Shown here piece after piece: positions 48,312 through 56,761 of a stretch of 64,000 bases of DNA. This DNA is from a virus (taxonomy: Duplodnaviria; Caudoviricetes), in the IMG/VR virus record IMGVR_UViG_3300025924_000024, positions 1,707 to 65,706 of that record; one strand, written 5' to 3'. Position 1 is the stretch's first letter. Each line of letters opens with the position of its first letter. A program made the translations under genes and the position numbers. A model generated the notes under the pieces. The model worked only from the letters and a program-made list of their open reading frames with translations, did no database searches and was not told the origin of the DNA.

Positions 48312-49817
48312 ATGTCAGGAACGAAGAGCACCTACGACGAACTATTTGTCGACGCGGACGGCAAGCAATTCTGGCCGTTCGACGTTGAGACCGAGCAGGC
48401 CCTGATCGGCTGGGCGCTGCTCGAGCGCCGGGCGATCGCCGTCATGCAGACCGAAATGTCGGTCGACGACGTCTATGACCCCGTCCACGCCCTGATCTTC
48501 GAGCGCATCTTCGCGAAGTACGAGGCCGAGTCGCCGATCACGCCGCTCACCCTCAACGCTTCGCTGAAACACGTCTTTGCCAAGGCCGAATTCAACGGCC
48601 TGTCCTACCTGGTCGGTTGCGCTCAGGCTGCGCCGGCAGCGCCGACGATGGAAATGCTGTTCGAGCAGGTCAAAGACGCCGCGCGAACTGTTGCTGACCA
48701 CAAGATCCGCCGGCGCGCGTCCGAGGCCCTCGTCGACGGCGTTGAGGCCATGCGCTCCGGCGAATCCGTTACCGATGCTCTCGCTCACGTCGTCACGGTA
48801 TCCGACGAGGAAAACGAGCGGGTCGAAATGCGCCGCGGCGCCGTCTCCGTCAGCGAGGCCGCGAACACGCTGGTAACCGACCTCGAGCGCAACGAGGACA
48901 TCCGAATCCCGGCCGCGCCGACAGGTCTCATAACGCTCGATCAGATTGTCGGCGGCAATTTCCCGGGCGAGTTCGTCGTCGTTGGCGGTCGGCCAGGCAT
49001 GGGCAAATCGGTCGTCGGCGAAATGATGGCGCGTCATGCCGCCATGGATGACTTCGCGGTCGACTATTTCGACCTCGAGAACAAGACCGGCGTGCTGACC
49101 GCGCGCATGCTTTGCGATATCGATTACGACCGCGCGTTCGCCGAGGGCCTAAAGCCCATCCAGTTTTCGCGCATCCGCCTGCGCCGCATCAGCGCGGACG
49201 AGCGTCAGCGCCTCGCCGAGGCAACGCTCAAGCTTCGCGAACTGGATATTCAAATCCACGACCGCGAAGAAATGACCATCGACGCGATCACCGCTATCTG
49301 CCGCGCCAAACGCGCGCGCACAAAAAAACGCATGATGGTTGTCGTCGACCACATGCACCTCGTTGAGCCGAGCAAGCGCTACTTCGGCCGCAAGGTCGAC
49401 GAGATCTCCGAAATTACGAAAGGTCTAAAGCGGCTCGCCAAGCGTCTCGACGCGTCGGTCGTCGCCCTCGCTCAGCTCAGCCGCGGCGTTGAAGGCCGCG
49501 ATGACAAGCGGCCGACCATGTCTGACTTCCGGGAATCGGGGTCAATCGAGCAAGACGCCGATGCGATGTATGGCCTTCACCGGCCGCAATACTATCTCGA
49601 GCGCAATAAGCCCAAGGCTGACGCGAGCGAAGTCGACAGGGGCAAGCACGCGGCAATGCTGATCGCCTCGCACAACGTGCTCGACTTCGGCCTGCTCAAA
49701 AACCGGCATGGGCCAACGACCGACCTTCAGGTCTATTGCGACGTCGCGTGCTCAGCGGTCAGAGACGAAAAACCGAGCAATGGCCCGACGCTCGATTACA
49801 AGGGATTGTTCGCGTGA
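48312..49817 (+). CDS. dnaB: DnaB-family replicative helicase
   Basis: GGRPGMGKS (Walker A), VVVDHMHL, LAQLSRGVEGRDDKRPTMSDFRESGSIEQDAD, KNRHGPT. Confidence 0.93.
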   Translation: MSGTKSTYDELFVDADGKQFWPFDVETEQALIGWALLERRAIAVMQTEMSVDDVYDPVHALIFERIFAKYEAESPITPLTLNASLKHVFAKAEFNGLSYLVGCAQAAPAAPTMEMLFEQVKDAARTVADHKIRRRASEALVDGVEAMRSGESVTDALAHVVTVSDEENERVEMRRGAVSVSEAANTLVTDLERNEDIRIPAAPTGLITLDQIVGGNFPGEFVVVGGRPGMGKSVVGEMMARHAAMDDFAVDYFDLENKTGVLTARMLCDIDYDRAFAEGLKPIQFSRIRLRRISADERQRLAEATLKLRELDIQIHDREEMTIDAITAICRAKRARTKKRMMVVVDHMHLVEPSKRYFGRKVDEISEITKGLKRLAKRLDASVVALAQLSRGVEGRDDKRPTMSDFRESGSIEQDADAMYGLHRPQYYLERNKPKADASEVDRGKHAAMLIASHNVLDFGLLKNRHGPTTDLQVYCDVACSAVRDEKPSNGPTLDYKGLFA

Positions 49818-50707
49818 GCGCGCCAACGCGGCCGGCGCTTCGCTGGCATGGCGGCAAATGGCTGCTCGCGCCGTGGATCATCGGGTTTTTCCCGCCTCAC
49901 AGGATCTACGTCGAGCCGTTCGGCGGCGCGGCCTCGGTCCTCCTCCGCAAGCCGCGGTCCTATGGCGAGATTTACAACGACCTCGACTCCGAAGTGGTCA
50001 ACCTTTTCCGCGTGCTCAGATCTCCGGCTGACGCCGAGCGGCTCGTCTGGTCGCTGAGGATCACGCCGTTCGCGCGAGACGAATTCGCGCTCGCCTACGA
50101 GTGGGCGCTCGACCCGGCTGAGCAGGCACGCCGTCTAGTCGTCCGCTCGTTCATGGGTTTCGGCTCTGACGGTCATAACCGGCTTGTCACCACCGGCTTC
50201 CGGTCCAACGCGAATCGCGCCGGCACCACGCCAGCGCATGACTGGATGAACTACCCTGACGCGCTCGAAATGACGGTCGAGCGGTTGCGCGGCGTCGTGA
50301 TCGAGAACCGGCCGGCGATCAAGGTGATGGCGCACCACGACTCGCCCGAGACGCTCCACTACGTCGACCCGCCGTACTTACCCACAACGCGCTCACAAAA
50401 AAGTCGGAAGTCGGGAGAGCGGTATCACACCTACACCCACGAAATGTCCGCCGCCGATCATTATGAGCTCTTGCAATTTCTCAACGGCGCGAGCGGGATG
50501 GTCGTTCTCTCAGGCTATCCCGCGCCGCTTTACGAAGAGGCGCTGACCGGCTGGGAACGCCACGAACGCGAAGCGCTCGCTGACGGTGCCCGGCCACGAA
50601 CGGAGGTTGTGTGGCTCAATCCCGCATGCGTCGCCGCTCGCGCCCTGGCCGCAAAGCCGCAAGCGGCCGTGATCGCTCACCCTGACCTGTTCACCTTTGG
50701 AGGCTGA
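49814..50707 (+). CDS. Dam-like (D12 class) DNA adenine methyltransferase
   Basis: LRWHGGKW, YVEPFGGAASVL, YNDLD, HYVDPPY. GTG start at 49814. Confidence 0.9.
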   Translation: MSAPTRPALRWHGGKWLLAPWIIGFFPPHRIYVEPFGGAASVLLRKPRSYGEIYNDLDSEVVNLFRVLRSPADAERLVWSLRITPFARDEFALAYEWALDPAEQARRLVVRSFMGFGSDGHNRLVTTGFRSNANRAGTTPAHDWMNYPDALEMTVERLRGVVIENRPAIKVMAHHDSPETLHYVDPPYLPTTRSQKSRKSGERYHTYTHEMSAADHYELLQFLNGASGMVVLSGYPAPLYEEALTGWERHEREALADGARPRTEVVWLNPACVAARALAAKPQAAVIAHPDLFTFGG

Positions 50708-50709
50708 CC

Positions 50710-51216
50710 ATGCCGCGTAAACCGAAACCGAAACCCAGCAAGATCCGCGCGTGGGCCACGCAGATACCCGGCAGCCCGATCACCCTCGTCGACGCGAGAA
50801 TGGCTGCGCACCCGTTTTCAATTTATCGGACGCGAAAGTCAGCGCGCCAAATGCGCGACCCGATTGCCGGCGAGCAGGTTGTCCCGGTCACCATCACCGT
50901 CGGGCACTGACCCATGGCCGAAAGCCCCGGGCCTGTGATCGCTGACGACGCCGAAGATCAGATCCGCGGGCCGACAAAACGCGGCATCGTGCTTGACCTC
51001 ATGCGGAGCCTCGGGTTTGCGGTTGAGCGCCTTTCGGTTCCCGGCAAATGCAGCAGCGTGCTCACGGCACCCGCCGCGAGGACTTTGCGCGAGCCCGGCG
51101 ATGACATGACATGCAAGCGGCCAGCCCTCTATCTGGTCCGCAGCGAACCGTTTTGCCGCTCACACGCGGCGTCCGAGATCTTCTCTTTTTTGACCGGCGA
51201 CGAAGGGGTCCGATGA
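50710..51216 (+). other. Two small hypothetical ORFs (50710-50910, 50914-51216)
   Basis: Operon orientation. Confidence 0.45.
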
Positions 51217-51217
51217 C

Positions 51218-52339
51218 ATGGCAGGCACCACATATTCGAAGTTCTTTTGGCAAGACTGGCAAGGCGACAACGAGCTAAAGGTCTGCTCCATCGGCGCTCA
51301 GGGCTGGTGGATGCGCCTGCTCTGTATTGCCGGTGCCGCCGGCAACGGTGGCCGGGTCACGGTCAGCGGCCGAAAGCCCACCTATGACGACCTCCAGCGG
51401 ATCACCGGAGTGCGGGACTCGCAGGCCCAAATCGACAAGTGGGAAGACGAGCTGATCCGCAACGGCGTGTGCGACGTTGACCCTGACGGGGTGCTCGTGT
51501 CGCGCCGAATGAGGCGCGCGGCCGACCTCGCCCATCCTCAGCGCGCCGGAGGTCACAAAAGGGCAAAAACCGCAGCGCGACAAGGAGGCCGATTCGCACC
51601 AGCGAACCAGCTGACAAATCCACCAGCTGGTGGCACCAGCTGGTCACCAGCTGAAACGGAAAACGCTGGTGGCGAAAAACGCAATGCGCAAGGCGACTTA
51701 TCACCAGCGAACCAGGTGTCGCCACCAGCTACCATCAACCATCAACCAGAATCCATCAACCATCAACCATCAGAGTCGGCTGGGGATTCGGGTGACGATT
51801 CGCCGTTCGAACCCTTCGGCAAGATTGCCCAGCTGTCCGAGGCCATTGGCTGGGACCTCACCGCTCAGGTCAGCGGTCACCGGTTCGTCGATCAGCTGGT
51901 GTCGCTGGTGACTGAGGGCTTCGACTTCGACGAGGACATTATGCCGGCGGTGCGTGACGCGCGCGCGGCGGGAAAGATACCGCGTGACCTGAGATCGCTG
52001 GAGTGGTTCCGGCAGCGGTTCGAGTCCAAGCGCGCCCAGCGCAAGGTCAAGACAATCGCGGCAGTGCCTGCTGCTGATCCGACGCTGTCACGAGACGAGT
52101 GGATCAATGCGCTCAGAACGTTTGTGGTCGTCGGCGCGTGGGTCACGAGCGAGTGGGGTCCGAAGCCCACCGAGCCAGGTTGCAAGGCACCCCACGATCT
52201 ACTGGCCGAGGCCGAGCGGGCTTGGGTCAATGCCGGCAATCACCCGCGGTCGGCCTTCGACGGGAACGCGCTGATCGCTTGGAGTCCTGAGCGATCAGAC
52301 TTCAAGACGCCCTGCCCATTTTTCCCCCGCGCGGCGTAG
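51218..52339 (+). CDS. Replication initiator (lambda O analogue)
   Basis: KFFWQDWQGD..L..CS.GAQGWWMRLLC N-terminus, and internal DNA repeats. Confidence 0.75.
   Translation: MAGTTYSKFFWQDWQGDNELKVCSIGAQGWWMRLLCIAGAAGNGGRVTVSGRKPTYDDLQRITGVRDSQAQIDKWEDELIRNGVCDVDPDGVLVSRRMRRAADLAHPQRAGGHKRAKTAARQGGRFAPANQLTNPPAGGTSWSPAETENAGGEKRNAQGDLSPANQVSPPATINHQPESINHQPSESAGDSGDDSPFEPFGKIAQLSEAIGWDLTAQVSGHRFVDQLVSLVTEGFDFDEDIMPAVRDARAAGKIPRDLRSLEWFRQRFESKRAQRKVKTIAAVPAADPTLSRDEWINALRTFVVVGAWVTSEWGPKPTEPGCKAPHDLLAEAERAWVNAGNHPRSAFDGNALIAWSPERSDFKTPCPFFPRAA
51597..51769 (+). repeat. Iteron-like repeats, putative replication origin
   Basis: CACCAGCGAACCAG x2 (51597, 51702), further (C)ACCAGC copies, and CCATCAACCATCAACCA x2 (51732, 51753). 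Confidence 0.7.
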
Positions 52340-52519
52340 ACCTCGTTTCGTTCTCATCTGCCTCAGGGAAGCCCGTACAGCGGCGCGCTCCCGCGCGGGC
52401 TGTCAGCGTCGGCGAAGCGTCTGCCTTTGCCTGTCCGTGAGGCTGTGCCCCGGCAAGGGCGGTTTTCCGCGCGATCTCCCGAGCGCGGTGTGTCATCGCG
52501 GGACCGAAGGAGGGGCTCA

Positions 52520-52612
52520 GGTGATAGGGGGGTGAAAAGTCGAGCGGTCGAAGCCGGGAAACCGGCGGGGGCCCCCATCTTTCAAAATCGCATGTTTTGA
52601 ACCGGGGGTCTT
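52520..52612 (+). other. cos-like packaging region
   Basis: GGGGGGTGAAAAGT...GGAAACCGGCGGGGGCCCCCATCTTTCAAAATCGCATGTTTTGAACCGGGGGT, intergenic and upstream of the terminase cluster, resembling HK97-type cos regions. Confidence 0.6.
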
Positions 52613-52696
52613 GGCAAAGACCGGGCGTCGGGCAATGGTCCCGGGCCTCGCCGCTCAGCCCGGGCCCGAGGTTTTGCTCCGGGGGTCGAACCGAAA

Positions 52697-53212
52697 ATGC
52701 CGAGAAAAGGTCTGCAAGAACTCGAGGAGGCTGTTGCTCAGTTTAGCCAATGCGAGAGCACGCCCAGCGTTGACCTTGCGCGCGCCGGCCAGGTGCTCGC
52801 TCACAACGTCTCCAAGATCATCACCGACATGCGCGCCGCGCCACGCGGCGAGCGAAAGGGCCTTCCCGAACTCGACGACGCGCTTGCCAGGCTGACGCAA
52901 GCAGTCCACGCGTCACCGCATGAGGTCATCGGCGCGCGGCCGTTGCTCGCTGAGATGGCGCGAATCCTGTCAGACATCCGCGCGGAGCCGCCTTGGCCCA
53001 CCGATATCGACGTGCGGCGCCTTAAGCTGGGGCCGCGAGATCTTCTCGCCGTGAGCACGCCCAAGACGCTCAATCCTGACCAGATATTGCGGGTCAACGA
53101 GACAGTGCGCGCCGCGCTCAAGGACGCCGGTCACCCTGAGACGAAGGTCCTAATCCTGACCGAGGGCACGTCGCTTGGCGTGATCGAGCCTGAAGCCGAA
53201 CCGCAAGGCTGA
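52697..53212 (+). CDS. Hypothetical protein
   Basis: First ORF after cos. Confidence 0.55.
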   Translation: MPRKGLQELEEAVAQFSQCESTPSVDLARAGQVLAHNVSKIITDMRAAPRGERKGLPELDDALARLTQAVHASPHEVIGARPLLAEMARILSDIRAEPPWPTDIDVRRLKLGPRDLLAVSTPKTLNPDQILRVNETVRAALKDAGHPETKVLILTEGTSLGVIEPEAEPQG

Positions 53213-53215
53213 CCG

Positions 53216-53515
53216 ATGGCGCACGGCTGGGAATATTACGTTGAAGGGGTCTGCTTTGTTGGCAGCGTGTCCTGTGTTGTGATCCATGGTCACTGGCGAG
53301 GTGCTCGACTGGAGCGGAAATCTCGTTGCCGTCGCGTCCGGCGCGAGCCCGAGGGCTGACCGATGGGCGCCATTGCTGCAGCTGTTTATTTCGGCGCCTG
53401 CTTTGCCGTCAGCGTGTCTTGTATCGCGCTCATGGTCATAGGCCAGGCGCTCGACTGGCTGCGAGAGCGCAACGCTCGTCGCCGGCGTTTGAGAGAGGAG
53501 GCGCGCAATGGCTGA
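53216..53515 (+). other. Tandem paralogous small hydrophobic ORFs (53216-53359, 47 aa; 53363-53515, 50 aa)
   Basis: GVCFVGSVSCVV versus GACFAVSVSCIA; both starts lie in GGCTGACCGATGG. Confidence 0.6.
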
Positions 53516-53831
53516 TCTCAACCGTCGCGCGCTGCTCGGGTCCGTTGCCGCTGCAGCTGTCACCGCTGCCGCTGGCATCCGCCGCGCGCCCGGGCTGGCC
53601 TATGCCACGTTCGAATCGATTCCGCTCGAGCGCTTCGGCGTCGATCTCGCTTCGGAGCCTGATAGCTATGCGCTGTCTCAGGTCAACTGGGCGACGGACG
53701 GCCTTTCGCCCGGCGGGGTCAAACTCATGAAGCTGTGGCGTGACGGGCGCCTGATCTTCGACGCGACAGAGCCCGCCGAGGGGCACGTCGACGCCGAGGC
53801 CGCTCACACGCTCGCGGGTATCGTGACGTGA
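53508..53831 (+). CDS. Small protein with Tat-like signal
   Basis: MADLNRRALLGSVAAAAVTAAA. Confidence 0.6.
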   Translation: MADLNRRALLGSVAAAAVTAAAGIRRAPGLAYATFESIPLERFGVDLASEPDSYALSQVNWATDGLSPGGVKLMKLWRDGRLIFDATEPAEGHVDAEAAHTLAGIVT

Positions 53832-54148
53832 CCGCGCTCAGCCGCCGCTCGCTCCTGTGCTCGACCGCCTCGTTCGCGCTCGTTGCCGGTATCCCAATGC
53901 CTGCACGCAAGTTCGCGACCGGCGGTCTCATTCCGCCGGGCACGCTCGGCCTGATCGGCGAGCGCGGACCCGAGCCGTTCCGCATTAGCCCGGTCGCTTA
54001 CGCGAACATGCAGGTCCAACGAGCGCTCCTGCGCGATGGCTCTTTGACGGTCACCCTGAGCGAACTGCGCGAACTCGACCGGCGGGTGAAAGTCACGCAG
54101 CACCGCTTCGCCGAAGTCCGGCCGGGAGACGTTTCATGGTGGTCATGA
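53828..54148 (+). CDS. Small protein with Tat-like signal and a tape-measure-like motif
   Basis: MTALSRRSLLCSTASFALVAG, then FATGGLIPPGTLGLIGERGPE. Confidence 0.6.
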   Translation: MTALSRRSLLCSTASFALVAGIPMPARKFATGGLIPPGTLGLIGERGPEPFRISPVAYANMQVQRALLRDGSLTVTLSELRELDRRVKVTQHRFAEVRPGDVSWWS

Positions 54149-54330
54149 CCCGCGAGGAATTCATCAAGGGCTATTATGACCGCAGCGGCATCGCGGCGTC
54201 TGAGCGCAGGCCGGACGGTTTCCAAATCGGTTCTCACCGCCGCGTCGCCGTGCCGTGCGATTGCGGTGAGGACGATTGCCAAGGCTGGCAAATGATGGCG
54301 GTCGGCGCGCTCGAGGACGTTGGACCATGA
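54136..54330 (+). CDS. Small Cys-containing protein
   Basis: VPCDCGEDDCQGW. Confidence 0.5.
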   Translation: MVVMTREEFIKGYYDRSGIAASERRPDGFQIGSHRRVAVPCDCGEDDCQGWQMMAVGALEDVGP

Positions 54331-54554
54331 CGGACCTCAGCCGCCGCCAGATCTTCGCTGTCACGGCCGGCGCTGCAGCGGCGACGTTGCCGTTGCCGGC
54401 CGCGCCCGTGGTGAGGACGGTCATCGACAACCAGACCGGTCGCGTCATCAGCCGTGCGCGCCCGCTTGACTCGTGGAACGCGGCGGCGCTGGGTTTCATG
54501 ACGCGCGCTGAGATCCGCGCGCTCGAGGACCTCCCGCCCCTGCAGGAAACATGA
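54327..54554 (+). CDS. Small protein with Tat-like signal
   Basis: MTDLSRRQIFAVTAGAAAATLPLPAAP; ATGA overlap. Confidence 0.6.
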   Translation: MTDLSRRQIFAVTAGAAAATLPLPAAPVVRTVIDNQTGRVISRARPLDSWNAAALGFMTRAEIRALEDLPPLQET

Positions 54555-56131
54555 CCGAGACCGACACCGAAAAGTCGTCCACCGCGAAACCCGCCGCAAA
54601 GCTGGCGAAAGCCGGCAAAGCGGACGAGAAAAAGAAAACGCCCAAAAATCGTCCAGCTGCGCCGGCGCATCATGGAGCGCCGGCCGCTCAGGCTTTCATC
54701 GAGGTTCGCCCGGGCCGCGGTGGACCGAAGCGCGTGGCGCCCTGGCCGGCGTGCACGGTCGAAATGGTGCCGATCAAGGAATTGATCCCTTACGCGAAGA
54801 ACGCCCGCACGCACTCGCCGTCTCAGGTCCAGTCGATCGCGCGCTCGCTTGAGAAGTTCGGCTGGACCAACTCGGTGCTGCGTGACGAGAAGAACGTCAT
54901 CATCGCCGGCCACGGCCGCTTGCTCGGCGCTGACGTGCTCGTCCAGCGCGGGCTCAAGCGCTTCGAGGAGGCGCCGGTCATCACCGCCACCGGCTGGACC
55001 GAGCCTCAGAAGCGCGCGTACGCAATCGCCGACAACCAGATCGCGCTGGCGGCTGGCTGGGACGCAAAGCTGCTCGAGTCCGAACTGAAAGAGATCTCGG
55101 GCATGGGTTTCCAAATGGACCTGCTCGGCTTCTCAGCTCACGAACTGCGGCGCTACCTCGGGACGAGCGGTGCCGGCGCTGGTGACCCTGACAACGTGCC
55201 CGAGGCGCTCACGCACACGGTCAGCCGCCGCGGTGATCTCTGGATGCTCGGGCCGCACCGGGTCCTGTGTGGCGACGCGACTTCGCGCACCGACGTCAGC
55301 CGGCTGCTGGGCAACGGCAAGAGCCCGGTGCTGATGGCGACCGACCCGCCTTACGGCGTCGACTATAAGCCGGAATGGCGCAAAGACGTCGGAGGCGCAT
55401 TCGCTCGCGATAAAACATCGACGGGGACGGTCATGAACGATGATCGGATTGACTGGCGCGAGGCGTTCATACTTTTCCCCGGCAGTGTTGCCTATATTTG
55501 GCATGCGCCAACGTTCCAGCCCGAGGTCAAGGCTTCCTTGTCAGCCGCTGGTTTCGAAGTGCGCTCCCAGATCATCTGGCGCAAGCCACATTTCACGATG
55601 GGCCGCGGCGACTATCATTGGCAGCATGAGGCTGCCGAATACGCCGTCAGGAAGGGCTCGCGCTCGAACTGGAAAGGCGGACGCAAGCAATCGACCATCT
55701 GGGATATCGCCGGACTCAACCCGGCCGGGCGTGGCGCTCAGACCGAGGAAAACAAGGCAACCGGTCACGGCACGCAAAAGCCGGTCGAGTGCATGCTGCG
55801 CCCGATTGAGAACAACACCAGCGAGGACGACGTCGTCTACGACCCGTTCTTGGGCTCAGGCACGACGCTGATCGCGGCCGAGCAGTCGAAGCGGATCTGC
55901 TTTGCCGTTGAGCTGAAACCCGCCTACGTCGACCTCGCGGTCAGGCGCTGGCAAGCGTTCACAGGAGGCGTCGCGTTGCTGTCGGGGCGCAACCTGAGTT
56001 TTGAGGAGATCGACGGCGAGAGGAAACATGGGCAACCGAGGACCAAAACCAAAACCGACAAAGCTGAAACTGCTCCTCGGAAACGCCGGGCACCGGCCGC
56101 TAAATCAGAGCGAGCCGGAGCCTCCGTCTGA
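54551..56131 (+). CDS. ParB-like N-domain fused to an N4/N6 DNA methyltransferase
   Basis: LIPYAKNARTH...IIAGHGRL; TDPPYG, HGTQKPVE, YDPFLGSGTTLIAA. Confidence 0.9.
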   Translation: MTETDTEKSSTAKPAAKLAKAGKADEKKKTPKNRPAAPAHHGAPAAQAFIEVRPGRGGPKRVAPWPACTVEMVPIKELIPYAKNARTHSPSQVQSIARSLEKFGWTNSVLRDEKNVIIAGHGRLLGADVLVQRGLKRFEEAPVITATGWTEPQKRAYAIADNQIALAAGWDAKLLESELKEISGMGFQMDLLGFSAHELRRYLGTSGAGAGDPDNVPEALTHTVSRRGDLWMLGPHRVLCGDATSRTDVSRLLGNGKSPVLMATDPPYGVDYKPEWRKDVGGAFARDKTSTGTVMNDDRIDWREAFILFPGSVAYIWHAPTFQPEVKASLSAAGFEVRSQIIWRKPHFTMGRGDYHWQHEAAEYAVRKGSRSNWKGGRKQSTIWDIAGLNPAGRGAQTEENKATGHGTQKPVECMLRPIENNTSEDDVVYDPFLGSGTTLIAAEQSKRICFAVELKPAYVDLAVRRWQAFTGGVALLSGRNLSFEEIDGERKHGQPRTKTKTDKAETAPRKRRAPAAKSERAGASV

Positions 56132-56519
56132 CGACGGCTCCGACCCGCCGCCCTGGCTGACGGAAAAGGAAACCGAGTGCTGGCATGAGCTCGTCGCGAT
56201 GCTCGAGCCGCTCGGTCTGTTCACCGAGGCCGACCGGATCAGCCTGTCGCTCATCTGCGAACTGCTTGTGCGCTATCAGCAGACCAAGAAGCACATGCAG
56301 GAAATGAGCGACGCCGACACCACGACCTACGGCGTCTTGATGAAAACGCAGGGCGGCAACGTCATCCAGAATCCGATGGTGGGCGCGCTCAACAAGATCC
56401 GCGCGGCGCTCAGCAAGGAACTCGCGAAGTTCGGCATGGACCCGTCGTCACGCTCGCAGATTGAGGTCTTCGGCAAGACGACCGACCCGATCATGAAAAA
56501 GTACGGGATCATAGGATGA
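56028..56519 (+). CDS. Terminase small subunit, P27 family
   Basis: MGNRGPKPKPTKLKLL.GN.G.R...PPPWL...QNP......LAKFGMDPSSR. Confidence 0.9.
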   Translation: MGNRGPKPKPTKLKLLLGNAGHRPLNQSEPEPPSDDGSDPPPWLTEKETECWHELVAMLEPLGLFTEADRISLSLICELLVRYQQTKKHMQEMSDADTTTYGVLMKTQGGNVIQNPMVGALNKIRAALSKELAKFGMDPSSRSQIEVFGKTTDPIMKKYGIIG

Positions 56520-56716
56520 CGACGACTCCGAAGGACGTTTTGCGCGCGGCCGTGAAAGAGCACCCGCGCGCCGGCGAGCGTGAGATCCGCGCAATCGTTT
56601 CGAAGCGCCTGCTCGACGGCGACCGGGCCATCTTGCACGTCGTGATCTCAGAGTGGCTGGACCGGAACTACTACCCGGCCGCGTACCGCAAGGGCTCGGC
56701 GATCGCCGGGCGGTGA
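56516..56716 (+). CDS. Small hypothetical between terS and terL
   Basis: ATGA-coupled to terS. Confidence 0.45.
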   Translation: MTTTPKDVLRAAVKEHPRAGEREIRAIVSKRLLDGDRAILHVVISEWLDRNYYPAAYRKGSAIAGR

Positions 56717-56761
56717 TGGCCCATTGCCCGCGTTGACGTGGGCCAGCCATAAAGGGCGCGC

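Noticed and set aside
51597-51769. Possible CRISPR-like repeats
   Set aside because: Units are 6-17 bp, irregularly spaced, inside a CDS, with no cas genes; iterons fit better.
52340-52520. Possible tRNA or ncRNA in the gap before cos
   Set aside because: No cloverleaf or T-loop motif found by eye.
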